Below, one piece after another: positions 10,482 to 23,976 of a stretch of DNA of 64,000 bases. The notes below the pieces were generated by a model. That model did no database searches, had not been told where the DNA came from, and was given only the letters and a program-made list of their open reading frames with translations. Every line of letters begins with the position of its first letter. The first letter of the stretch is position 1. Made by a program: the position numbers and the translations under genes. Origin of the DNA: Balanoglossus misakiensis (taxonomy: Eukaryota > Animalia > Hemichordata); contig CM082576.2 of NCBI GenBank assembly GCA_040954595.2, forward strand, positions 6,389,129-6,453,128. Direction: 5' to 3'.

Positions 10482-11738
10482 TGGGTCCGTCCAGCAAAGT
10501 AAGTCTGTGTCATCTTTATTTTTTTGCAGTTCATGGCCATGGTTTGTGATTGATATCGAGTTGATTTTTTTTCAAACAGGCAAGGGTACGGGTGCAGGTT
10601 TGAGTTCTATCTTGCTTAACAACTAACTGCAGTTATCTCAGCTTACCGAAAACAGCAGAAACAGTCAGTATCCCGGCCCCGGCCAGCCATCGATAGGCCA
10701 TTGCTTCGATCAATCACTTATATACGTCGACTGCTTTCGAGCTTCGCACTGTGCACCAGTTATGGCGTTGTGCTGTTCTAACATTAGGACGAACAGGGTT
10801 GAAATCTCGAATATCGGTTATTTGCGCATATTTTTGCTTATTATAAGCCTATAGGTCTCCACTGTGGTCGACATTGAGTCAAACTCTAGTTTTCGCTCAA
10901 AGTAAAAAAAAATGACGCCATGTTATTTAAAGAGTAATAATTCTGGCACTAATTCAGAGTCTGTTTCTGGTGCGCAATTATGCCCCGAGTTCAAAACTGT
11001 TTTCACTTTTTCAATCGACCGAGCCATTATTGAGAAATGCAAGAGAAAGTTAACACCTCTTGGGCCAACGCCCATTAGCAGCTGTGACGGCAGTCTATTG
11101 TTCTCGCTGATGACGTCACATGCTACGTTACTGATGCTCGGCAGTGATGGCCTGCCATACTATGTTTACAATCCCAAAGTACAGTCTTGATATATAAACA
11201 CACATAAATCAAACAGGTGGTACAAGAATAGAGCAGAACAGCAGTGTTTAGAATCAGTTGCAGTGTCATGGTTACATTTGTCAAAATAAAACAGCAACAA
11301 TGGTAGAAAATATTACTCCAAAATACAACCTTGATGAAGATTTTTTGGATTTAAATCACCCCAGGGGACGTGTAGCCCGCCCCGCCCCTGTACTGAATAT
11401 TAAATACGGACGGATGGACGAAACAACGAGCGGCGCATCTCTCGAAAGCAGCAGAGCACAAACGTTGCAAGTCACTGACAAGCTGGCAGATTTCAGATCA
11501 TGTTGAGATTTTATAGGCCTAAATTCCATTGACTGTCACGCATGATGAAAGCAGCGACGGACCGATAAATAAGGAACTATCATGGGATAATCGCATGGTA
11601 TAAACTCTGTAAAACTCTCAGCACAGTACATGTAGCCTACGCACTCGACATATTTATCATTTTGTTCCGTTTTGCTTTGGTAAAACAATGACATATTGAA
11701 ATACCACATTCTCCCCAAGCGAGTATAACGAACACAAA

Positions 11739-12050
11739 GGCCATTATATAATAAAAAATATGTATTGTTCCGATTACCCGACCTACCCTAATTTAAACCC
11801 ACCGACCCTAAACTTTTTACAGCTTCGTAAACCCAGAAGTAAAAAAAGCGAAGTAAAATATACAAAATTTATCAAAATTGACGACATCGCGGACATCACG
11901 CCATAACTATGACGTCATACGTCATGGTTCTACACTACCGTGACGGCGGCCAGAGAAATAAAAAAGTGCCAAATAATTTTTTTCCCTGTCTACCAGCCCT
12001 ACTTTTGAAAACCATGTAATCGGAACAGCTTATATTATTTTTTTGCCTAA
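11739..12050. mobile_element. MITE-like non-autonomous DNA transposon
   Basis: Perfect inverted core tgttccgattac (11766-11777) / gtaatcggaaca (12016-12027), each flanked outward by A/T tracts and ggc/gcc termini. Internal ccgacc(ta) subrepeats, about 310 bp, no ORF. Confidence 0.55.
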
Positions 12051-12892
12051 CCGTTTTGTAGAAAGTTTTCGGTAATGCAATTATCCCAGAATAATTCCAA
12101 TCGTGTTATGGAGGCTGACATCAAAGCGAACCACTAGCTTTGTAAGAGCCAGTCGGACCGTCGCTTTATGATATGAAACAGTGCTATTTTTAATATTTCA
12201 CATTTTAAATGATATTTTAATACATTCAGAGAGATGCATTTATAAAGTCAAACAATCACTGTATTACAAAAGAGTATATTAGGTTTCGTTTACTCACCTG
12301 ATACCAAATCTACCCAAATACGTCGACACAGCGCGAAAAAATACACTGTTCTAATTTTTATCCGCACCAATATATATGAACGTTCGTGAATGTTTCAGAG
12401 CTTTTTAAATATGGCGTCACAACATGCCACAGATGTAGGCCTATTCCCAACACGTTTCGCCGAGTAGAAGGTCATAAAGGTCGTCACCTTAGTTGTGCAT
12501 AATATAAAAGGTATATCCTTTACACTTTGCACTACAAAAGCTGTAAATGATCATTCTGGTACTACCGAGTGTTAGCTGAAAGACCTTGAGGATTGGATAA
12601 CTTTTGGGTGAACATATGCCAAATATATCGGACACATGCCGATAGTGAGAACATTTCAAAAATTATTTTCTTTTTATTATTACATGTATTTTTATTTCAG
12701 AACATCATACCACAGTCAATAACTAGATATATGGTACACGAATAGGGCAGAACAACAACAATATTGTTTAAAATATAGCAGTTACAGCTCCCTGTTTAAG
12801 ATTAAGTTTGGTATTTTTTTTAAACAAAAAAGAGCAAAAATGACAATCCAGATTCCTGTGGGTTTTTTCGCTTTGCTCAAGCGAAAAAAGCA

Positions 12893-13058
<166 letters not shown>

Positions 13059-13401
13059 AGAACGGTATGGATTCTAGACTATGCACTTTTGTATTTGCTG
13101 ACAAAGTACACCCTTGTAGTTTCACTGACACTTGTTTGAACTCAGCAAGATTACAAAGAATATTCTCTGGGCGGCTTTTGACAATGTGACACTGTTCTAA
13201 AGCTCTATCGGTAATTGGCCAGTTAGTGTTTGAACAATAGACCCATGCGGCCAATCGAAGCTTGGTCCTTCGATTTTGTACGCTTTGTTTGGCGGGCTCG
13301 TACACCACAACGGTTGACGGCCAATAACGGAAGGACGAGCACCAAAGGTGGCGGTCTGAGATATCTGCCTTTCGCAATTCAAAGTTCAGTGGTTCGGAAC
13401 T

Positions 13402-14526
13402 ATGGACTATTACAGCGTACACGGGGAAATTGGGACGGGCTACTTCGGATCATCCTACCGGGTCAGAGAGAAGCACAACAAGAAGAGATTTCGCACGTTG
13501 CACATGCTTAAATTCGCAAATGAGGACAAGGCGAAAGTTGGCCTGTCTGCGATCCAGGCAATGCTCTTGCTGCCGAAGCACGATCACATCGCAAGATATA
13601 AAGACGCTTTCTTGCACTACCAACACGGTGCGCATTTTGTCAACTCGGCGCTGGAGGTGTGCATAAGTACGAATCTGAACGACTACGTCCTTCGACGGTA
13701 TCACGACCTCGACAATGATTGCCTCAAAGGCTTCATGCTGCAGATTATTGACGGGCTAACTTTCCTTCACCAAAGAAAACTTTATCACAACGCGCTGACT
13801 CCACATCATATTCTCGTTGGTTACAACAAGAAAAACGAACTCTGTTTGAAGCTAGCTAACTTTGGACTCGGCCAGGTGTATCAAAGCGACCTCGAGCGTC
13901 TTTCGATGTATCGCCCACCGGAGTTGACCTCAGCGGGGGCCGAGCCAAACGTGACGGGTAAACACGCTGACAAAGGTGACGTTTTCTCCGCCGGTATAAT
14001 TTTCTGTGCCATGCTTGAGTTCAGCACGTTCGAGGGAAGCGACCAAAGAGACAAAGTTCTGGCGGCGTACGTTCAGTTCCCGGGTTACGGAGTCATACCA
14101 GTCGGCAAATTCCTGCACGAGAACCCCAGCGTCGACCTGGACCGACACCTTTTCTCAAAGACCAGCACCGACGTCCGCCGCGTCGTCCGACAGATGCTCG
14201 CAGCCGCCGCGTCGCACAGACCAACAGCGGTCAAGGTGAGACAGCAGCTGGCGTCCTGCTTTGACGTGCGCTTCGGGAACTACCGGGAAAGTACGAAGGA
14301 GACGGGCGAAGCCGGGAAAGCGACGAGCAAGAGGAGAAAAAGAGGCCGAGAAGTGTTGGAGGAAGATTTTTCGTGTCTGAACACACCCATGAAGAAACCG
14401 AAAGCACGCGTGCCATCCTCATCAGCGCAAAAATCGAGCGGGTTCATGGGATACCTGGGTGCCATGGCAACCGCTGCTAGCGTCTACTGGGGATTCAGAA
14501 ACGAAAACAGCGCATCGATCTTGTAA
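13402..14526 (+). CDS. intronless Ser/Thr kinase-fold protein, STK35/PDIK1L-like, predicted pseudokinase
   Basis: 374-aa single-exon ORF with Gly loop GEIGTGYFG, subdomain IV KHDHIARY, 'LQIIDGLTFLH', catalytic loop YHNALTPHHILV, 'LKLANFGLG', 'YRPPEL', 'DKGDVFSAGIIF' and 'HRPTA'. C-terminal KRRKR followed by a hydrophobic tail. The subfamily call is tentative. Confidence 0.8.
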   Translation: MDYYSVHGEIGTGYFGSSYRVREKHNKKRFRTLHMLKFANEDKAKVGLSAIQAMLLLPKHDHIARYKDAFLHYQHGAHFVNSALEVCISTNLNDYVLRRYHDLDNDCLKGFMLQIIDGLTFLHQRKLYHNALTPHHILVGYNKKNELCLKLANFGLGQVYQSDLERLSMYRPPELTSAGAEPNVTGKHADKGDVFSAGIIFCAMLEFSTFEGSDQRDKVLAAYVQFPGYGVIPVGKFLHENPSVDLDRHLFSKTSTDVRRVVRQMLAAAASHRPTAVKVRQQLASCFDVRFGNYRESTKETGEAGKATSKRRKRGREVLEEDFSCLNTPMKKPKARVPSSSAQKSSGFMGYLGAMATAASVYWGFRNENSASIL

Positions 14527-16296
14527 ACGTACAGGTTTGCGCTCACAGCCAAAATCGCGAACACTTCAACATGAACTTATCTGACTTTCATGTATGCACA
14601 TCACACAGAAATACCCACCCTCCTATATAGTGTACTTAAATGTAGACGATTTTTAAAACTTAAAATACACATCTTCGTCCGGAAACGCAAACCTACCAAA
14701 GAGTTTTAAAAAGTATTTTTGTTTTATTCAAATGTGTATTGTTTTTCAGCTAGTTTTCGTTTTACATGAAATTTCAGTACTTTGGTACAAGATAAAGAAA
14801 ATTTAAAGATGGCACCTCTTGGTACTGCTCTGGAGCTATGTACTAGTATTTTCAAATGATAAAAGTGGTAGCACTGAAAATGAGTAAATCTTACATTAGA
14901 AAACAACCTACATTTGCAGTTTGTAGACACACAAGAGTTCGGATAACAGAGGTTACAGTATATTGTGTAGATATTACTATTTTATGTGACACTTGGCAGC
15001 TGAGACAGTCATCTGATGACTATATTGTCATGTATTAGGAACTGTCCATACAAAACATAAGCTATTTTAATATATGTATATTTATTTCATGCATAATATA
15101 AACCAGATGTATTATGTGAATAAGCCGTGTGTGGGTGTTATATTTGATTGGAACACACCATGTTCATGTTCGGCATTTTGATTGGTCCAACCATGGTCAC
15201 ATGCAACAAGCACTGTGACCAATGAAGGAAATGATTCCAACAACTCTTATATGGAAATTATCTGCACATTATGTACACACAAAGAAATGCACAGAAATGA
15301 AAATAACTGTGTTGCAGTTAAACCCAAACATGATAAATTTGGTACCATAGTCTATAAACAAATCATATCATAATTGAATTGTTGTTTAAAAAGTTGAACA
15401 CCCCCAATAATTTTCCTTTTGCAAGACCCAATATCACACATTCAAATTGTAGTGTAGTACAACATGCACATCATTCTTTCAGCGCTCTTTAAACATACAA
15501 AAGTTACAGTAAATTGTAGTTTATTTGACAAATGGATACAAAAATACAATATAGACCGTGCATAATATTTCATTTCTGTGCGTTATTGCCATAGACGATG
15601 TCATGTCAGCAGATTCCAACACATCATGCACCCGTACCTCTGCCGTACTGTCCGAAGGCTGTACGTGTGCAAATGGCTGCAGCCTTGTGGGAGTATGCAA
15701 ATGTAACAGGACGACTTCATGGCAAAAGAGTGTCACTAAAATAAGTGCTCACATGAAATGATGATTACTCTGAAATATCATATTTCCTGTCAGTGTAAAA
15801 CATACATGTACATTCATGCATGATACAAATATGATTATAATTGGCAACAGTGACAAAAACTAATGATATGGTTTAACATTTCAAGAATACATAAATATTT
15901 TTAAACATTAAAAAACAATTTCATGTGGTTATTTTCAACTCCATTGGCATTTTACAGTAAAGTATATTATTTTTCCCCACAACAGAACACAATCTGATTG
16001 TAATATTTATGATGTAAAATTTATCTCAAACTAAATTATTTTTATTTTTTGGTATCAAACTGATGAGGGTCCCAGAGAAAGATGTTAGGTTGGGTAAATG
16101 TTAAAAAATCTCACAGCGCCCATCACCTTATTTCTAACAAAAGTCAAATTACCAGTAAATCCTCATTTGGCATATGTTACCCACTTCACTGGGGCACTTG
16201 TTGAGGGCCAAGGATACAATACACCCCCAGTCATCCTTTTTCCATAAAAGTGCCCTGATTAATACTTCCCCTTGCCACACTCAACACAATCGTCAA

Positions 16297-19200
16297 TCAA
16301 TGTAGAAAACCCGAATAAACATCATTGCTGTACAAACTGGGTGATGTCAGTGGGAAGAGCAGATAGATGAAAGCAACAAGTCCAACAACAAAGGTCAAGC
16401 TTATAATCAACGCCCTCGGCTGGCCATAAGAGGAAATCTCACCGAATGCTGGAAAACCCATCCCGTTACAAAAACTGTGGCAAATGACCAGTGATATAAG
16501 ATGCCCTGCAAAATAAATAAGTAATAATAATAATTTCAATATCAAGATTTTGTGAACTGAATGCTACTCGACAGCAGCTACTTCACTAGAAAACTATGAG
16601 CAAAGGGGCTTCATTTTTTAAATAAACAATTCTGTTTGAACGTGCCAAGAAAGTCATTATGTCATGTCTTTACAAGCATGTCAGAAGAATTAGTGCTTGA
16701 TGAGGAACGGTGATTCCTGATCTTGTGACCTTTGGAAGAAACAAAAGTTTAAACATGACATGTATGATAAAAGCAGACATATGTCATTTAAGTGAAAATA
16801 AAAATAAGTTCTTACCAGTCTTAATGAAGAGAAATGCTGAGTAGGCTCCAAATACTGTTGTGTAGCAGAACTGGAATACTGAAAACGAGGTTTGAAAGTT
16901 TTAAAATCAAGTTATACTAAAAAGCCCTCAAAACAATGTGGACATGACTGAAATGTTACATGGAAATCCCAAATCAATGAGATCTTGGATCAACAGAGAT
17001 TTTGCACAGTGGCGAACTATACTCACATGTTTCTATCCAGACTACTTTAGCACTTTGTCCTTGAAATTTGAGCCTTTCTATGACATGATGCATGTGAGCT
17101 GTTGATATAACAGAGAGAATAAACTACATTGTGATGAATCGACAGAAAAGTACTAAACTAAAAAAAAATCAGAGAACGATTCATGACTTCACACCCACCT
17201 ACTCCAAAAAACAGCGGACATATAAAGACAGCCTTGCAGAATCCAAGGCAGGATATTAGAAGTGGTAGCATGCACGCCCTGAATACAAACTCTTCTGTGA
17301 ATGGAGCCTGTTTAAAAAAATAAAAAAAATGAGAGAAGTTAATAGCACAGACTTTATCTAAGCTGTAGACCAGTGGTAAAGTATTACAGATATGTTTCCT
17401 ATCTTTGTTCTTTGATGGGATGATTGTGTTAAGTATTGATGGACAATGATGAAAAAAAGTCCTGAACTATATACTTGTTGAAATAATTTTTCTGAATATA
17501 TACGGTGTAAACTGTATCCGGTATGCCGCAATGCATAAATGAATTCAACATAGTCCTCATTCAGAAGAAAATCATCAAAATTGTGCACTTTCATTAATTT
17601 TGAACATTTTCCTTTTGGAATCTTTTGACAATGCCTTAAAAAGGCCATTAAGATAACACAACCCAATAAAATCAAACATTAAAGGGACATTAATACAACA
17701 TACCACCCAGTAATTCCTCCACCAAAGTGGGCTTCTTATTTCATATTTCAAACTTGTTAAATCTGTAAGAATAATTGACACGAATTGTCTCTTTAAAACT
17801 TTCACCTCCACAAAAGTCAAGTTGAACTTCACCTTGAAGCATCAGCTATGATGTGCAATGCCATGGATTGTAAAAACTATGAGATTGTTCATGGCTTGTT
17901 TCTCCGGACTGTCAGAGTTATTAACTGTCAGCGTGACTTCTGTGAATATAGTTAGGGCTACCATAACACTCCAAGTTACAATGTCTGTACTTACCAATAT
18001 GCGTTGAAATACCATCAAAACACATCATGGCAATTGGACCTAGAAATAAAATCTGTGAAAAAAGAACAATTTAAATTGTTAGAGATGCAATCTTTAAAGA
18101 CATAGTGCTTTCAGTCTATAGAGATGGGGGAGGGGGGGGGGGGGGGGGGGGGTAGCAACCAGAAATGTGATGGTAGTAATCATTACTAAAATCTGAAACT
18201 GATCACACATACGAACATATGATTCACACATACGAACATATGGGGTTTTGGGTCTGCAGTATATACAGCAGCTGGGTAAATCAATTGTTCTGCTTTACAG
18301 AACCTGGCTCAACTGCTAGTTTCTGAAAGCACTTTACTCACCATTGTTAATACCAGTGGAATGATAAACGCTGCTAATATTCCTGGTAAACGGATCCCAA
18401 GCCACTCCCATAGTGAAAAACCCTGATGAAGAAGTCAATAATGAGTAAACATCAAATTAGTCATCTTTATATTCTCCTTGTACAAGTCACAGACTCCGAA
18501 TGACGAGCAAAGACAAAAGACTGTATTGTTTTCAAATCCCTGAAACAGTCGACTTGGTAAATAACTGATGAACATTTTTATATGTTACTTCTTTGCTATA
18601 TAATTGTTACAAACTAATCCTGCTGATGTCATATCTTCAACATTCATCTGACACCATCATAGAGAACCCATAATGATCTACTGCTTGCATTTTTGCGTGA
18701 TGTTACTTTACACCATTGCTATATTTATTTGTACACGAGTATGGCTACTTCTGACTATATACACAATACCATCTCACCTGATCACTGTTGCTTGCCCATA
18801 ACCAGACATACGGTGGTGCTATCAGTGTCACTAATAAAACACTACAAAATCTTCTCTTGATTGTACTTGGATGATTTCTGCAAGTGCGCGATGAAAAGAA
18901 GACACTTTAAGTATTTCTTCTTGGGAATGCATATATATAGGGGTACAGACCTGTACGCAGGGCTCAATGGCCGAGGGGTGGGGTCCACTGGATTGTTTGA
19001 CTTGGGTCAAAATAACATGCCCCTAGTCCAAACGACTGGGGCTCACCAGGAACCACAGCTGCTGACACAGTTATGCTTCGGAACCTGGCAGCTGCAACGC
19101 GAGGATGAAAGCCAAAACTCGGCAGTAGCTCATCTATTGTTTGGCGTTCAGCCTCGTACTGCAGCCGGTGTCCGGTTTCAGATAGACCAAAAGATGAAGT

Positions 19201-19390
19201 GCCAAGTGGCACCCGTACTCGGAAGTGTGTGTAAAATCTCCACGGGGTAAGGTTTATACGAGTGCGTGACTTTGAGTTACCTGCTTAACTTTGACCTCCA
19301 CAGGTAAAGACTGCCTACATACGCTAGGGCCAACAGAAAACATGACAAAACACCGCTAACACAACTGACAGCAGTGAACACCAACTCCAT
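16297..19390 (-). CDS. RCE1: CAAX prenyl protease 2
   Basis: Nine exons: 19390-19281, 18877-18778, 18422-18342, 18052-17995, 17762-17704, 17307-17199, 17098-17027, 16878-16816, 16505-16297. Motifs [68 protein letters not shown]. Confidence 0.93.
18126..18243. repeat. poly-G run and a 21-bp tandem direct repeat in RCE1 intron 3
   Basis: G-run at 18126-18152; cacacatacgaacatatg repeated at 18204 and 18225. Confidence 0.8.
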
Positions 19391-20160
19391 GCTCGACTTA
19401 CGCCACCATTTTAGGTCAAAGGTTAACAGAAGGCCCCTCATGCGAGTTCTGATAAACTCTCCAACTTGAACACCCCAGCTGGGCAACCTTTACCTTGCCA
19501 TATGCAACATACCTGGACAGATGTCACACTGCCTGAACTTGCCCCCTGGTAACCCCCCCTGGTAACCTATGACACTCAGAAGTTTTCTATCAAGCTAGGT
19601 TGAAAGGGTTTGAAACTTGGGCAATAAACCTGATCATTTTTTACAGATCATGGGGTCTTGACCAACCACAGAACAACATGTACATGTATTGCGTCTGTCA
19701 TAACAGTAAATTTTATTTGATACACAACTTTGAAAAATCTGTTGTGAACTTAACGTACAAAAAGAAAATTTTCACGAAAACACAAACTTTTTTTTTTACA
19801 TTTACTAAGTGACAAATACAACAGACTTGATGAACATTTCCCTTTATCGTCTTCTCTCATAGTTGCACTTTCTGGCAATTTCTCTAATTCCATGAAATAA
19901 TACAACAATGCTGCAGGTTCTATCATCTAAGCTAAAAATACTTCTAACACTGATGTGGTCACAAGATATTCTAAGTTTAAGACCGTCAGGAAGATGTTGA
20001 CAGATGATTAGAGGATGGTAAAGTTGACAAATGTTGTACTTTGAGATCAAATGATGATTAGTGGGAAACATGGCAATTTCCGCAAAAGTCCTCAGCAATT
20101 ACTAAGTTCAAAGTCTCTCGGATGGAAAGCATGGCACGAGGTCAAAGTTCGGTGGACACT

Positions 20161-23100
20161 TTAGTCAACTTCTTCCATTCTGGATGCATCTTCGTCGTCA
20201 CCTTCAAGTGGTGGCATGTCTTCTGTGGAGGCAGCAGCATCAACATCGGCCAATGCGGCATCATCTTCATCAATACCTGTGAACATCAACATGCAAAGAC
20301 ACTTGTAATTCCCAGATCAGATGGATTGCCTACAACCAACACAACACAGCATTGAGCAAACATTTTCCATATTACAAAGTGTGGTGCAGCACAAAAAACT
20401 GGCAATTTAAGTTTTGAATGAAAGGATTTGCAGCGGCTTCTCTAGATCGACATCTTGCATGACCATTTGGAGGTGTAATCCACTGCAACCATCATTTGGT
20501 ACTTCAATTTTTGTAGCTGTCCGTAACTGAGATATATGTCAGGTATTGTGTACATCACCAGCGACCACTCACCTAAACCAAGCTTGATCATTCTATGAAT
20601 TCTGCCGGCGTGCGTCTGTGGTTCCTCCAGCGAGAATCCAGATGCGAGCAAAGCAGTCTCGTAGAGAAGCATGACCAGATCTTTCACAGATTTGTCGTTC
20701 TTGTCAGCGTCTGCTTTCTGCCTAAGAGTGTCCATGATTGAATGATCTGGATTGATTTCTAAGTGCTTCTTGGCCGCCATGTAACCCATTGTACTATTGT
20801 CCCTAAGCGCCTGCGCTTTCATGATTCTCTCCATGTTGGCCGTCCATCCAAACTGGCTGGTCACAATACAGCACGGGGACGTCACCAGTCTGTTGGATAC
20901 AGTCACCTGAAAGAATGAAAGTGAGAGAAAAAAAGATTACTATTCCATTCTGGCCGATATCAATGACCCATGTTAAAACACACAACACATTCCCGCAAAA
21001 ATCCTAACCACCACACAAGACACAATTGCAGTCGCTAACCTTTTCAACTTTCTTGTCGAGGATATCCTTCATGACCTTGCAGAGATTTTCAAATTTCGAC
21101 TTGTCTTCTTCATATTTCTTCTTCTCGTCTTCGTCGTCGGGCAACTGCAATCCTTCCTTGGTGACCGAAGTCAGGGTCTTTCCATCGTACTCCTTCAGCT
21201 GCTGAACGCAGTACTCGTCGATGGGCTCAATCATGTACAAGACTTCGTAACCCCTCTTCCTGAGGCGCTCCACAAATGCAGAGTTGGCGACCTGGTCTTT
21301 GTTTTCACCAGTGATGTAATAGATGTGCGTCTGGTTTTCCTTCATTCGTGTCACGTAGTCCTTCAGCGATGTCGTCTCGTCGCCAGACTGTGAGCTGTAA
21401 TACCGGAGGAAGTCTGCTAGTTTGTTTCGGTTCTGACTGTCTTCGTGGATGCCAAGCTGCGATAGGAACAAAGAATATAATTTTTGATAAATTTTCTTTC
21501 AACTCGACGGCTCAGCTATTCTTGTACATCACACCAAAACTTCTCTACATTGAAACTCCAGCAGTCACAGTTCAGTATGTCCCATCATGCATGAAATTAA
21601 CTGCTCCCGGAGCCAAACAATGACCTCATTTCAACACAAACCGTGAAACTTGCACAAACCACCACATTTTCCTTAACAGCTTATCAAAACTGAAATGCTT
21701 ACTTTGAGATTCTTGCTGAACTGTTCATAGAATTTCTTGAAGTTGTCCTTGTCTTCCTGGATGTCAATGAAGAGCTCCATACACTTCTTGACGATGTTCT
21801 TGCGGATAACCTTCAGAATCTTGCTCTGTTGCAACATCTCACGAGAGATGTTCAGTGGCAAGTCTTCAGAGTCTACCACACCCTTGATAAAGTCTGCGGG
21901 GGGAGAGAAAGACACGTACAGTGAGTATGAACAAGTCGCACATTTTCTGAATTTTGTCGGTAATTTTAGAGAACCAGAGATGGAAACTATACACAGGCAT
22001 CTCCCGATTTTTCAGAGTGAACTTAGACAACCGTAGAACGAATGAAACTTACTCAAGTATTCAGGTATGAGATCTTCACAGTTATCCATGATAAACACAC
22101 GCCTGACGTACAGTTTGATGTTGTTCTTCTTCTTCTTGTTCTCAAACAAATCAAAAGGTGCACGTTTGGGCACGAACAGCAATGCACGGAACTCCAGCTG
22201 GCCTTCCACAGAGAAATGCTGTTGGGGGGAGGAAAAAAGATACCGTAAATATTGGGCGACATAGCCCACAGACACCACTGTGAAATGATGGCTGGTATAC
22301 AGAGACACGAATATTGTTGTGGCAATGCAGCTTTGAGAATACAGTCAACGAACATTAAGAAAGCGGTTCTCCGTACTCTCATACGACTGTAAAGCCTGTG
22401 TTGAAGCAACACATTCTTCTACTTCCATTTGCACCACCAATACTGTCATAATCAATGCACCAAGCTTGAAAAACCCAGTGACCACCGATTTGAGTTGGCG
22501 CGTGTTGTGCTGGAAGATTCTCTTTCAAAAAAGATTTTGTATAAAGACAATTGCCTGTCATATTGCACAACTATCATTTTTCCCACAAATTAGTAACCAA
22601 TAGATTTCAGTACCTTGACAGCCAAATGATCTTCCCAGTCATTGGTCAAACTCTTGTAGAATTCACCATATTCCTCCTGGCTGATGTCATCCGGGTTTCG
22701 TGTCCAGATGGGCTTGGTTTTGTTCAGCTCTTCGTCTTCTGTGTACTTCTCCTTGATCTTCTTGGTTTTCTTCTTCTTCTCTTTAGCTTCTTCCTCCGTT
22801 TCGTCCAAGTCTTCAATCTTTGGTTTCTCTTCTCCCTCCTTGTCCTCTTCTTCTTTCTTCTCTTCCTCCTCCTCCTCTTCTTCGTCGTCGCTGATCTCCT
22901 TGTCTCTCTCCTTCTCGACCAACATTCTGATCGGGTAGCCGATGAACTGGCTGTGCTTCTTCACCACATCCTTTAGTCTCTTCTCTTCCACATACTCAGT
23001 CTGGTCTTCCTTCAGGTGCAGTATGATCTTTGTACCTCTGCCAACAGGCTCACCTACAGCCGAAACATAATTCAAATTGTTGTTATCATCAAATAAAGAG

Positions 23101-23976
23101 CCAGGGACCCTTTCCCCTATCGTCAATTCGCCACACCCAATTTTTTTTCAAACTCCTACAACTCACAAGATTTGAACATTCGATTCTCACACTTACCAAA
23201 ATCGGTCTTCACAGTGAAGGAGCCTCCGGCTGACGATTCCCAGATGTACTGTTCGTCATCATTGTGCTTGGAGAACACGGTCACTTTGTCTGCAACCAGG
23301 TAGGCAGAGTAGAAACCCACACCAAACTGACCAATCATAGAAATGTCGGCACCGGCTTGCAAAGCCTCCATGAAGGCCTTGGTTCCAGACTTGGCGATGG
23401 TACCCAAGTTGTTCACCATGTCGGCCTTGGTCATACCGATACCACTGTCGATGATGGTCAGTGTTCTCTCCTCTTTGTTGGGAATGATCTTGATGTACAA
23501 ATCCTTCCCAGAATCCAGTTTGCTGGCATCAGTCAAACTCTCATAGCGGATCTTATCCAAGGCCTGAATAGAGAAGAGAAATTCAACATCGTCAGTGGTT
23601 TGACAAAACATTTCAATTGAGAAAAGGACTTCGCAGTTCATTCTTTTCGGTTAATGTTGACCATACAGTGTACTGACAAGAAGTTTCAACCAACCAACCA
23701 ACCAATCAATGTAATCATTCAAGTCTCAACATAGTCAAGAACTTTGCACGGCAGTTTATCAGACTGCTGTAATGTAATTTTATCAGCAATTGGGGATTCA
23801 CTGTAAATACTTACATCTGACGAATTGGAAATCAGTTCTCTCAGGAAAATTTCCTTGTTTGAGTAGAAGGTGTTGATGATCAAACTCATCAACTGAGCAA
23901 TTTCGGCCTGGAAGGCAAAAGTCTCTGCCTCAGTTTCTTCAGCCTCCATTGGTTGTGTATTATTTTCTTCACTCAT
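20161..23976 (-). CDS. HSP90: cytosolic heat shock protein 90 (Hsp83/HSP90A)
   Basis: Coding exons 23976-23815, 23563-23197, 23053-22614, 22218-22053, 21893-21703, 21456-21040, 20906-20573, 20276-20161. Signatures [70 protein letters not shown] and C-terminal MEEVD*. Confidence 0.99.

Noticed and set aside
11111-11917. Two TGACGTCA CRE palindromes upstream of the pseudokinase
   Set aside because: One lies inside a MITE-like element and the TSS is unknown, so support is insufficient.
22551-23620. Plus-strand ORFs antisense to HSP90
   Set aside because: Antisense open frames typical of codon-biased, highly expressed genes.
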